64,000 nt of DNA, taken from positions 128,001 to 192,000 of the IMG/VR virus record IMGVR_UViG_3300013947_000021. One strand, given 5' to 3'. The stretch comes from a virus (taxonomy: Duplodnaviria; Caudoviricetes). The position numbers and the translations under genes were made by a program. The notes below the pieces were generated by a model, which saw only the letters and a program-made list of their open reading frames with translations, was not told the DNA's origin and did not search any database. Of this stretch, positions 10,491 through 19,861 are shown piece by piece. Within the stretch, counting starts at the first letter, position 1. Each line of letters opens with the position of its first letter.

Positions 10491-10507
10491 CTCATGAATA
10501 TAATATG
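10491..10507 (-). promoter_or_regulatory. Early-type promoter motif
   Basis: CATATTATATTCATGAG followed by hairpin AGTAAGAT/ATCTTACT. Confidence 0.6.
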
Positions 10508-10524
10508 CAACCATATTCGATAAT

Positions 10525-10619
10525 AAAAAATAAATACTAGTAGCAGAAATGCTACTAGTATTTATCAGAAAGTGAGTAAAACGAATGACAGATTTTTAAT
10601 TAGAGGGCAACTTCTAACT
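10525..10619 (-). ncRNA. Candidate small RNA with anti-SD/anti-AUG segment (about 95 nt)
   Basis: AACA-ATATAG-TA promoter 10619-10630, 5' hairpin AGUUAGA/UCUAAUU, UCUGUCAUUCGUUUUACUCACUUUCUG, terminator 10531-10564 with U tract. Confidence 0.5.
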
Positions 10620-10639
10620 ACTATATTGTTATATAGTAT

Positions 10640-11212
10640 TTAAGCCTTTACCATTGCAACCTTACCCTCAAGCTCCTTAACGGTATCAAGGGTCTTCTTA
10701 AGCTTCTTCTTACCCTTGCCCTTCTTCTTGCCACACTTGGACTCAAGAATAGCGGTCTCTGCAAGGAAAGCGCATTCAGACGAGATAACAACAGCAACCT
10801 GATCCGGCTCAACGCCATTCTTCTTAGCGATATCATCGATAACGCTAGCAGCATCCGGCTCATTAGCCTCAACGTCTGCCTCAGACGGCTTAGTATCCGG
10901 CTCATCCATCTGCTCAGCAGCCTTCTCTTCACCTTCGGCCTCCTTAATAGCAATAACATCCTCAAGCTTAACGAGGTACTTAATATTGCTATTACGGTAC
11001 TTACCATTAGCTCTCATAAGAGCAACAGACTCAGTTGTTACCGGGATACCACCATTAGTAGTCTTATCCTCAGGCTTAACTTCTTCAACATTATTCGAAA
11101 GAACATCCTCAAGCTCGTCAACAGTATCCTTTACTTCATCCGAAACCTCAGGATCAAGAAGATCAGCAGTAGCTGCTTCAGAAAGCAGTCTTCTATTAGT
11201 CTTGAAAATCAT
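10640..11212 (-). CDS. Probable internal head/scaffold-type protein
   Basis: Highly-expressed codon bias, late promoter 11285-11296, acidic body with K-rich tail, possible Glu cleavage sites (LLSE-A, TTE-S, ILE-S). Confidence 0.55.
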   Translation of the reverse strand: MIFKTNRRLLSEAATADLLDPEVSDEVKDTVDELEDVLSNNVEEVKPEDKTTNGGIPVTTESVALMRANGKYRNSNIKYLVKLEDVIAIKEAEGEEKAAEQMDEPDTKPSEADVEANEPDAASVIDDIAKKNGVEPDQVAVVISSECAFLAETAILESKCGKKKGKGKKKLKKTLDTVKELEGKVAMVKA

Positions 11213-11320
11213 AGTTTATTTCCTCCTTTAGGATTATTTATATAAATATTTTTTGATATTTATTCCAAAATATGTACTGGAATTTATCTATATGTTGTAG
11301 CTTGGGTAGTTTTAATTTAT

Positions 11321-12037
11321 TTATTTTGTATTTATAATATCATTAATTCTATCTTTTACCATGGAAATAATATCTTCTGTCTTAGGTAATTTATAAAAAC
11401 CAGATATATCTACATAAACATACTGCTTAGAAAGTATAGTCTTTACAAGATCATCATTATAAATTTCAGTAGATTTCTCAATATGCTCAAGAGTTTCTAA
11501 TTGTTCAGGAAGCATAAAATCTCTATACCTATCAACAAATTCTTTATACTTTCCTAATACAGCAGTAGTAGGAACAAAAAGATATTGTGCATGAACTAAT
11601 TCATGAACAGTTTCTGCAAGAGGAATAAGTCCAACCATAAGATTATAATGAAGATACATTACTTCTTTAGCAACCCATTCTTCTTCTATAGATTCATGAA
11701 ATGCTACTCTCTTATTATAAACTATAAGGCAAATATCATAAAGAGATAAAGGTTCATGATGAATCTCTATATGTACTTTAGGATTATCTATATTATTAAT
11801 ATTCTGATAGAATGCACATTGATTCATATCCATATATTCTCTAAGATAATTAATCATAGATTTATATTCAAATGAACCACGTACATCTCTTTCCACATTC
11901 TGTATATATTTCTTAAATTGTTTCTCATCAGCAAGATCATAGTCTTGAAAATTATATTCAGGAATATCTTTCATTTCTATAACTGCCGGAGGAGCTTCCA
12001 ATTCATATGACTTTGCTATATTATCAGGATCACGCAT
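11321..12037 (-). CDS. HNH-like fold protein, paralogue of 1381..2046
   Basis: QCAFY...HIEIHHEP...LIPLAETVHELVH; promoter AACA-TCTTGG-TA 12054-12065; GGAGGTG SD. Confidence 0.55.
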   Translation of the reverse strand: MRDPDNIAKSYELEAPPAVIEMKDIPEYNFQDYDLADEKQFKKYIQNVERDVRGSFEYKSMINYLREYMDMNQCAFYQNINNIDNPKVHIEIHHEPLSLYDICLIVYNKRVAFHESIEEEWVAKEVMYLHYNLMVGLIPLAETVHELVHAQYLFVPTTAVLGKYKEFVDRYRDFMLPEQLETLEHIEKSTEIYNDDLVKTILSKQYVYVDISGFYKLPKTEDIISMVKDRINDIINTK

Positions 12038-12175
12038 GATTACACACCTCCATTACCAAGATGTTCAATTTCAATCAATTAGAAAAAAAAATAAAATTTA
12101 ATATATTCATTATCGGTATGGTAAGATAATCCTTACCATACCGTATAAGTAATTTAAATTTTATTCAATTTTAAA

Positions 12176-12601
12176 TTATTTAAGACCAAGTTTATTTTTC
12201 ATAAACTGATATCGCCTATTATGATATATATCTGAATGAGTTGCATACCAAGTATTCATCCATTTTCCGCTTGCATCATTATTCCATGGAGTAATTACAA
12301 GATGGCCATCTGAAATATATCTATGATAGCAATCACCATCAGATGAAAGTATTGAAATATACTTGCTACATGAATGTAGATAAAATCTATATTTATATTT
12401 ATTTGAAATTATAGAATTACGAATATAATATTTTCCATAATATGTTGGTAATGTCCATTCTCCTATAGTATTAAATGTATCACGTAACTTTCCATTAACA
12501 AGACTAAGCATATACTTAATTCTTTTATATGACATAGGCTTGGATTTAATTATAGATGTTTTCATTTCTTTTTCTTGTTTCTTTGCTATTCTCTTATTCA
12601 T
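12176..12601 (-). CDS. Basic hypothetical early protein
   Basis: Start reassigned to ATG 12601 after AAAAGGAG; early motif 12664-12680. Confidence 0.65.
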   Translation of the reverse strand: MNKRIAKKQEKEMKTSIIKSKPMSYKRIKYMLSLVNGKLRDTFNTIGEWTLPTYYGKYYIRNSIISNKYKYRFYLHSCSKYISILSSDGDCYHRYISDGHLVITPWNNDASGKWMNTWYATHSDIYHNRRYQFMKNKLGLK

Positions 12602-12726
12602 TTTTATTCTCCTTTTGTTTTTTTTAATGATATAGAATTCATTATTCAAAAATATATTTATCTTTCATAATTATAATATACAAATAAAAAATAAATAGGG
12701 ATTGAATATTCAATCCCTATTTATTC

Positions 12727-13083
12727 TTAGAATATAGCATAATAGAGTTCTGCTATATTCAGCCCGAAGGTTTTTTCGAAAGCCTGGCCTTTCTTCGTAT
12801 TGATGAAATCTTCAATACGGCTCATTTCATTGGAAGCATCATCCATGCTTCCAAAATTGAACTGGAAATTATCACTTCCAGAAATTATTTCCAAATATTC
12901 ACGGGAACCAAAATCTCCACATGAGGTATTAGAATATTTGATCATTGCATAGTGATCAAATATTCTGACAATCATCCAACCCTCAGGCTGGCTATATCCG
13001 CCGCCATTACTGGCAACTTCTGAATTGGCATAGGGGTTGCTTTCATTAAACTCATACCCAATCATTTCTAATGCTTCTTTCAT
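12727..13083 (-). CDS. Hypothetical early protein
   Basis: 118 aa, AAAGGAG SD, long structured leader from early motif 13250-13266. Confidence 0.75.
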   Translation of the reverse strand: MKEALEMIGYEFNESNPYANSEVASNGGGYSQPEGWMIVRIFDHYAMIKYSNTSCGDFGSREYLEIISGSDNFQFNFGSMDDASNEMSRIEDFINTKKGQAFEKTFGLNIAELYYAIF

Positions 13084-13334
13084 AATATTTTCTCCTTTAC
13101 ATTTCCATATACCATATGTATATACATATTAATATATCTAATATTTATATATTAATATGGAATTTATTCTTATACGTACTAATGAAACTACTGTATCCAT
13201 ATATAGTCAGTATATGGAGAGATGTATTTTTATTATACATCTTCTTTATTTCATAATTATATTATATAAATAAAATAATAGAATATTGCAAAAAAAAAAT
13301 AAAAGGGTAGAATATCTTTCTACCCTTATTACTT

Positions 13335-13922
13335 TTACTCTACATTAAACTGAAACTGTATATCTCTTTCATTCTTATATTTCTCATCAATTAAAGTTTT
13401 TAATTTATTAAATGATGATATAAAATTAAATTTATCATTATCCATCATATCTACAAAAATATATACATTATCAGTTTCATTATTAATATTATATTTCCTA
13501 TAGAATATAGAAATTATAAATTGATTAGCGAATGGATCAAATACAATTTCAATTCCATAAGAATATAATTTAGTATTTGAATTATCATAAATATTCTTAG
13601 TTATAAAGATAGTTTTAGTTTTATAATAATCATCAGTTATAGATGAAATATTAATCGATTTATCTTCAACTAGTGATTTATGATGTCCTAAAGCAGTTAT
13701 TAATTTATCTATAACACCTTTTATAGAATAATTAATAGACAATCCAGTTATTTCATTTTGAGGAAATACAAGATTAAATATTGGAATAAATTTTTCGATT
13801 AAATTATCTAATTCTTTATTAGAGATATTAAAATAATAACAATTATATTCATCTGAATTTGGTATGCTATATTTATTAGATAAAGTTTTTATAAAAATAC
13901 TATTTTTTAATTGTGCTACCAT
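13335..13922 (-). CDS. Hypothetical protein, ~190-aa tandem family (divergent member)
   Basis: 195 aa; LIEKFIPIFNLVF helix. Confidence 0.6.
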   Translation of the reverse strand: MVAQLKNSIFIKTLSNKYSIPNSDEYNCYYFNISNKELDNLIEKFIPIFNLVFPQNEITGLSINYSIKGVIDKLITALGHHKSLVEDKSINISSITDDYYKTKTIFITKNIYDNSNTKLYSYGIEIVFDPFANQFIISIFYRKYNINNETDNVYIFVDMMDNDKFNFISSFNKLKTLIDEKYKNERDIQFQFNVE

Positions 13923-14478
13923 TTTTATTACCTCGTATTCTCATATATTCATTTTCATCAATCAATTCTATTTCAAGATTAGATAGAGATAGAGTTCTAT
14001 TACAAACCATAATTAAAAAATCTCTGATATTATCAATAAAGTAGTATTGTGCAATTTCAGTAATATTAAGTTTATATGAAAATTCTAAATCAATATTTTC
14101 ATATATATCAATATTTTTATTATCGCATTCATACGTATAATATCCTGAACTAATTACAATACCAGCATTATATACATTTTCACTAATTTTTGTTAAACAT
14201 ATACAGATTACATCTTTGTCATTAACCATTCTATACAGTCCAATATAGAATGATGAAATACATGATTCATCTGCACTAGTATTTGATACTAACTTGCAAT
14301 GTCTTCTTGCTGTTTCAATCATTTTTGAGGTATTATCTGAATAATATTCAAGCTTTGGAATATTTTCAGATTCATTATATAATAAATTTACAAGATCTTT
14401 AAATACTATCAGTGCATCATATAAATTATTTATATCCGATGTTTTAAATGTCTGAAGTTCTTTTTTTGCTTTAATCAT
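13900..14478 (-). CDS. Hypothetical protein, ~190-aa tandem family
   Basis: LYDALIVFKDLVNLLYNESE, close to 14481..15065. Confidence 0.7.
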   Translation of the reverse strand: MIKAKKELQTFKTSDINNLYDALIVFKDLVNLLYNESENIPKLEYYSDNTSKMIETARRHCKLVSNTSADESCISSFYIGLYRMVNDKDVICICLTKISENVYNAGIVISSGYYTYECDNKNIDIYENIDLEFSYKLNITEIAQYYFIDNIRDFLIMVCNRTLSLSNLEIELIDENEYMRIRGNKNGSTIKK

Positions 14479-14480
14479 TT

Positions 14481-15065
14481 TTAATTCTCCTTTTCATTAT
14501 TAATAACCACATCTTCTTCAGTACCAAAATAAGCAGACATAGATATTAAATACAATTTATTATTTTCGATCATTTCAAAAAATCTTATTCCATTATCTTT
14601 AAAGAATTCATATCCCATTTTTGCAAAATCACAATCATATGTAATTTTTGCAAATTCATTTCGATTACGATATTCTTCAAATGGATCAGATGCTAATTCC
14701 ATAACTGGATGTATAATTCCAATTCCAGTAGCAAATTTCTCATCATGGCCAATTATATATACTATAAAATAGTAATTTCTAACTCCCTTAGAGAAACGTA
14801 AAAATACTGTATCTTGATAATTAAATACATTAGATACTGCAGCATCATATATTTTATTACTTCCATCTTTATCTGAAAATAATATAGCATGATTTGCTGA
14901 TTCAGTGATTAATGTAGTCATATTATCTGTAGAATAATTAAGCAATTTATCAGTTTCAGATTCATCAAATAATAAATTTACAAGATCTTTATACATTAAT
15001 AAAGCATCATGTAAAGACATCTGATGACTCTTAAATACAACTGCAGCTTGAGTGTACTTAATCAT
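14481..15065 (-). CDS. Hypothetical protein, ~190-aa tandem family
   Basis: LHDALLMYKDLVNLLFDESE. Confidence 0.7.
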   Translation of the reverse strand: MIKYTQAAVVFKSHQMSLHDALLMYKDLVNLLFDESETDKLLNYSTDNMTTLITESANHAILFSDKDGSNKIYDAAVSNVFNYQDTVFLRFSKGVRNYYFIVYIIGHDEKFATGIGIIHPVMELASDPFEEYRNRNEFAKITYDCDFAKMGYEFFKDNGIRFFEMIENNKLYLISMSAYFGTEEDVVINNEKEN

Positions 15066-15066
15066 T

Positions 15067-15633
15067 TTATAATACCTCAGTTTTATTATCTATTAAACCA
15101 TTAGATTCGCATAATGATTTAAATTTAGAAAAGTAATCTCCGTATAAAGTTGCACGTAATTTAGTTCCTATCTTTGTCATAGCATTTATTTGCTCAAGAT
15201 TTACATCATCTTTATTCATATTAGATACTATAGAACTTGCATGTGCTTGAATAAACCCAATAATCCTATTATTATCAATAATAGGACTAATTGATATTGA
15301 TAAAGATTTATGTATATCATTATTATCTATTGGCTCATATTTAAAACCATAAATTTTTAATGGCTTATTCTCATTCTCTATTGGACGTATGAAAATAGTC
15401 AATGGACTCTTCTTTTTATTAAGCTTTGAATTTGCTTTAATATCAGAAGACATTTTATTTATTTTTTCATAGATTTCATTATATATACTTAATTCATCTT
15501 TAGCATAATCTATTTCAATATGATTATACTCTTTAATATCCTTAAAAGTTTCATTTAAGATATTTATAAATATCTTAAAATTAGTAATGTAATCATCTTT
15601 TTTAGATTCAAATCTATTATAAAAACTTACCAC
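15067..15633 (-). CDS. Hypothetical protein, ~190-aa tandem family
   Basis: YITNFKIFINILNETF...YNHIEID; GTG start after AAGGAG. Confidence 0.7.
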   Translation of the reverse strand: MVSFYNRFESKKDDYITNFKIFINILNETFKDIKEYNHIEIDYAKDELSIYNEIYEKINKMSSDIKANSKLNKKKSPLTIFIRPIENENKPLKIYGFKYEPIDNNDIHKSLSISISPIIDNNRIIGFIQAHASSIVSNMNKDDVNLEQINAMTKIGTKLRATLYGDYFSKFKSLCESNGLIDNKTEVL

Positions 15634-15700
15634 TTTAAATTCTCCTTATAAAAATAAAAATGCAGTGTGAATTTAATCACACTGCATTCCTTTTATTAAT

Positions 15701-16279
15701 TTATCGAATAGTAATACTAGTACGATTCAAACCGTACTTATCACAAATATTCTTAAGCTCTGCATAATTCATTCCAAGAGCCTTATCTACTCCTGCAGGA
15801 GTATTAAGGGAGCGAACGAAATATGACATAGCTTCTCCACTCTTTTCTATAGTATAGAAGTATATAAATACTACAACCTTAGCACTCATATTTCCTCTAT
15901 GTATTTCAGGAATAAGTCTAACTTCTATAGACTTATACTTTCCATCTTCACTATAGGGAGTAATATACTTATATGCACAATAAGTATAAATATTATCAAG
16001 GAAATTTTCTTTATTCTGATACTTTTTAGGAAGAGTATCTACATTAATACAGGAAGGGAGTGCACGACACATAAACATGTCATTTTCATCCATCTGCTTA
16101 ACTACTACTTCCATCTGTTCTTTAGCATCATCAAAAGTCTTTGCATCAAAATCTATATGAGTATATCCATCAGTCTTATCGAAAAGTTCATTTGTCAAAT
16201 CAGTGAACTTTTTAAGAGCTTTAATATATCCAGAAGGATTTTCCTCGATACTAGTAATAAAAACTTTACGCATTTCCAT
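15701..16279 (-). CDS. Hypothetical protein, ~190-aa tandem family
   Basis: YIKALKKFTDLTNELF...YTHIDFD. Confidence 0.7.
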   Translation of the reverse strand: MEMRKVFITSIEENPSGYIKALKKFTDLTNELFDKTDGYTHIDFDAKTFDDAKEQMEVVVKQMDENDMFMCRALPSCINVDTLPKKYQNKENFLDNIYTYCAYKYITPYSEDGKYKSIEVRLIPEIHRGNMSAKVVVFIYFYTIEKSGEAMSYFVRSLNTPAGVDKALGMNYAELKNICDKYGLNRTSITIR

Positions 16280-16299
16280 TTTATTTATCCCCTTTTTAA

Positions 16300-16869
16300 T
16301 TAAAATTTTTCAATATCAATTTCAGGTACATCAAGTCTCATATATTCGCTAAAAAGCTTCTTATATGTATTGAAATCAATTCCAAATATTTTCTTAAATT
16401 CAGTTGCATTATTAATTTTACTGATATCTTCAAAAACATCATCGGAATCAGATGTTTTACTAAAATTAACCATCATATCGAGATACAATCTCTTATGTCT
16501 ATTCTTTGTATATTTAGCATCTATAATGGTTGGGCAAAGATTTATAAATGTATTTGCATCATGTAAATTAGTAAACTTAACCACAAGATCTATCAGGTTT
16601 TCATCTTCAGAACGAGGATATGTAAAGACTTCTACAGTTCCAAGTTCATTATGATTAATATTACCAGCAAGATCTTCAATCTGCCAAATAACCTCTTTAA
16701 GAGCTCCAAGATTCTTTTTCTGTGTAATCTTTATCTCCTTATAAGTTTCATTCTTATCACGCTCAAGAATCTTATTAAAAAGATTAACAAATTTCTTGAG
16801 TGAATTCATAAATGATATAGATTCTGCATCATCGTAAAATTGTCGGAAAAGGAAGTTTGTTGAGATCAT
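16300..16869 (-). CDS. Hypothetical protein, ~190-aa tandem family
   Basis: FMNSLKKFVNLFNKIL...YKEIKI; first gene after early motif 16920-16936. Confidence 0.7.
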   Translation of the reverse strand: MISTNFLFRQFYDDAESISFMNSLKKFVNLFNKILERDKNETYKEIKITQKKNLGALKEVIWQIEDLAGNINHNELGTVEVFTYPRSEDENLIDLVVKFTNLHDANTFINLCPTIIDAKYTKNRHKRLYLDMMVNFSKTSDSDDVFEDISKINNATEFKKIFGIDFNTYKKLFSEYMRLDVPEIDIEKF

Positions 16870-16919
16870 TTTGATTTCTCCTTAAAATATATTTTATTAA
16901 AATAATCATTATTGATTAT

Positions 16920-16936
16920 TTCATATTTATAATATA
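16920..16936 (-). promoter_or_regulatory. Early-type promoter motif TATATTATAAATATGAA
   Basis: Identical to copies at 19829-19845 (+) and 53512-53528 (+). Confidence 0.75.
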
Positions 16937-16951
16937 TCTTTATATATGTAT

Positions 16952-17578
16952 TTAAATAATTACTCTAAATAAATTTTCATCACTACTTATAATATTCCTA
17001 TTACCAATATTAAAGCCAACAAGATTGAATTTCTTATTAGTTAAATAAGTATTATATTTTGCAGAATTTTCACTAAACGGTTTATTAGAACTAAATGTCT
17101 TCATAATCTCTTTAAGAAGGATATTATTAAATATTGAAGATGTATTTTTAATATTATTATCATTAGCATCGTTAGAACAGAATTCAAATGATATATTTAT
17201 TTTATATCTATCTACTGTTCCAGATATTACTTTTAATGAAATATTAGTTACTATAAGATCTCCGCAATTACTAGAATTCACATCATAACCCCAGAGATAT
17301 TTAATATGATAACCTTCATCACTAGATTCAGAAATATCAATACATTTCTTACTAGTTTTATACTTTACATTAGAATGTATTTTTCGTAATGCAGATGTAA
17401 TATAATTACTATCATATTTTGCATTCTTTACAATATCAGCATCAATTATATCAGAGCCAATATTCATTTTAATAAAATCAGAAATTATTGTAAAGAATGA
17501 TCGAGCTGCATTAGATGAATTTGTAAATATTTTATAATAGTTAATGACTATATCATTATTCCAATTTTTATTGTTCAT
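16952..17578 (-). CDS. Hypothetical protein
   Basis: Start reassigned to ATG 17578 after GAGGT SD, abutting the thyX stop. Confidence 0.6.
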   Translation of the reverse strand: MNNKNWNNDIVINYYKIFTNSSNAARSFFTIISDFIKMNIGSDIIDADIVKNAKYDSNYITSALRKIHSNVKYKTSKKCIDISESSDEGYHIKYLWGYDVNSSNCGDLIVTNISLKVISGTVDRYKINISFEFCSNDANDNNIKNTSSIFNNILLKEIMKTFSSNKPFSENSAKYNTYLTNKKFNLVGFNIGNRNIISSDENLFRVII

Positions 17579-17579
17579 C

Positions 17580-19004
17580 TCAAACCTCTTCATTATTTTT
17601 ATAATTATTTTCGGAAGATATATCTTTATAATCTTTTTCAACCTGCTTAGTATCTATTCCAAAATTATTAGCAATAATTTCTTCTACACTCTTTACAGGT
17701 TCACCGACAAATTCTTCAGTATCAATATCTTCAGCAATATATTCATCAATAGCATACTTAGGTCTAATAAGCTCATTGATAAATTCATTATGCTCTTTAC
17801 ACCAATCATATAAAGATGATGCAAAAGTTCTAATCTCTGCCTGTGCAGCAGTATCTACTCTAAGTATAAAGAACATGAAAAGATTACTAAATGTAAACGT
17901 CATAAATATCTTTCCACATTCTACATTACTAGGAAGAAATGCTCTTGCATCTTCCTTAAGAAGTGCCTGTTTAATACCTTCCTCTTCATTAAGAGATTTA
18001 TTAGTAAGATCTTTATATATTCCAATTTCTGCTTTGCCAATATCAGCTAAAGTCATAGAATATTTGTTTCCACCAAATTCAAAGTTATACTTAGTATTTG
18101 AATCGTATCTGTCTGTAAATCTATCAGGAGATGCAAATGAAGCATCACTATAATTTACATATCTCTGGCTTTCCTGTGTAATAGCATTTCTATGTCTTAC
18201 AAGCTGATGAGTACAAGTTCTACTCATATTCTTAAAAAGTATAGTAACCGACAAGAAGTCATATACATCTCTTTCATTAAATATCTTCTTAGTCTCTCCA
18301 TAAGTAAGTAATGCATTATTAAGTCTTTCAAGGAAGATATCGATATTATCAATCCAGAGTATATCAAATAACTTTGTAGATACTCTATTAATTCCTTCAG
18401 CAGGTCTTATACTCTTAGAACAATTATACATAAGAACTTTATCAGTATTTTCAAAGTCTTCTTTTTGTAATATGGAACTTAAATGTTCGTCTTTCAGAAT
18501 ATCTTCGAAAAAACAACTATGAGCACAGCTCTTAAGCTGTCTAATAATAAACTTTAATACAGTATTGCTATAGATATTATCAATATTCTTTATAAGATCA
18601 CTGTATGCTCTATAAGAACCACCAATAAGTAAATACCAAGCAGTATTATCAGTAGACTTCTTAATAGCAGTGCGAAGATATCTACAAGCAGATACAAGCT
18701 TTATAAGATCATCAGAATATTCATTGGGAATTTTAAGAAGCATAACACAATTGCTATGCTCAGTAACTGATGTATGTCCAATTCTAGATCTCTTAGCTAT
18801 ATATTCAGCCTGAGTATCATAGGAAGTTGGAATTGGTCTGTTCCAGCAACAAGCACAAGCTTCTGCTACAATTGGAACTGCATGATTTTCAGATATAATG
18901 GTTCCTTCTATAGAACCAATATATGTATTCTCTTTCTTTTTAGAATTCTTGGTAAAAATCTTTCCAAAGAAATTCTTATTATCACCAATAGGATTATTTG
19001 TCAT
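17580..19004 (-). CDS. thyX: FAD-dependent thymidylate synthase ThyX (tandem-domain form)
   Basis: GHTSVTEH, SRTCTHQLVRHR...QESQRY, EDARAFLP, AQAEIR; start reassigned to 19004 after GAAAGGA. Confidence 0.9.
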   Translation of the reverse strand: MTNNPIGDNKNFFGKIFTKNSKKKENTYIGSIEGTIISENHAVPIVAEACACCWNRPIPTSYDTQAEYIAKRSRIGHTSVTEHSNCVMLLKIPNEYSDDLIKLVSACRYLRTAIKKSTDNTAWYLLIGGSYRAYSDLIKNIDNIYSNTVLKFIIRQLKSCAHSCFFEDILKDEHLSSILQKEDFENTDKVLMYNCSKSIRPAEGINRVSTKLFDILWIDNIDIFLERLNNALLTYGETKKIFNERDVYDFLSVTILFKNMSRTCTHQLVRHRNAITQESQRYVNYSDASFASPDRFTDRYDSNTKYNFEFGGNKYSMTLADIGKAEIGIYKDLTNKSLNEEEGIKQALLKEDARAFLPSNVECGKIFMTFTFSNLFMFFILRVDTAAQAEIRTFASSLYDWCKEHNEFINELIRPKYAIDEYIAEDIDTEEFVGEPVKSVEEIIANNFGIDTKQVEKDYKDISSENNYKNNEEV

Positions 19005-19767
19005 TTTTAGATTTCCTTTCATATTTTCCATTCATTGAATTTACTACAGTAGATACTTCTTCCCATATCTCAAATGTAAGTTTGTCTCTACTTTTTATCT
19101 GTTTGTTTCTTTCATCACAATATATCCAAACTGGAGTGATTCCAGCTCGTTCAAATATCTTTCCATTTTTTATATAAGAAATCTTATCCCATACTTCTCT
19201 AAGCATATTAGTATCATTCTCATTCATATCTCTATTCTTCTTTTTCTGAAGCTCAGAGATATAAAAATCAAAATTATGATACATAAGCCATACTACAATA
19301 TCTGGGCTAGGAACTTCCATAGATTCCTCACTTCGAAAATCTTCAGGAGTGATCCTCTTATTATTATAAAGAATATTCGATACATTATATCTATCGAATA
19401 TAAATGCATGTGGATGATTTTCAGATTTATAAAGTTCTATATTAGTTGTATATCCAAATTCACGAGAGAATATTTTAGAATTCCAATATGCAACTCTATC
19501 TATTGTAAAGAATGATTTGATTACTTCAGGGCACTGCTTAAGAAGATCTCTGTCAAAATCTCCATTAAGCCACTTTTTAAGTAATGCACTAGACCAATCA
19601 TCATATCTAGGAAATGATTCATATTCTATTCTTCCAAATGGAAAAGTTGTTGCAAGCTTTTCAGCAAATGCTCTTGCATTAGTTTCTTTAAAACAATTGT
19701 CTAATCCTTCAAATGCTATAATTTTTCCTCCAGGGAAATATTCCATTGACATAAAAGTTGCCTCCAT
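18994..19767 (-). CDS. tmk: Thymidylate (dNMP) kinase
   Basis: IIAFEGLDNCFKET P-loop variant, FPRY, IFDRY, PDIV. Confidence 0.75.
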   Translation of the reverse strand: MEATFMSMEYFPGGKIIAFEGLDNCFKETNARAFAEKLATTFPFGRIEYESFPRYDDWSSALLKKWLNGDFDRDLLKQCPEVIKSFFTIDRVAYWNSKIFSREFGYTTNIELYKSENHPHAFIFDRYNVSNILYNNKRITPEDFRSEESMEVPSPDIVVWLMYHNFDFYISELQKKKNRDMNENDTNMLREVWDKISYIKNGKIFERAGITPVWIYCDERNKQIKSRDKLTFEIWEEVSTVVNSMNGKYERKSKNDK

Positions 19768-19861
19768 AAAAATTAATTTATATTAATGTGCACCTTTAAG
19801 TAATTTGATAAAAAATGGTTCATATTTATATATTATAAATATGAAATGGAGGTTATGAAAA

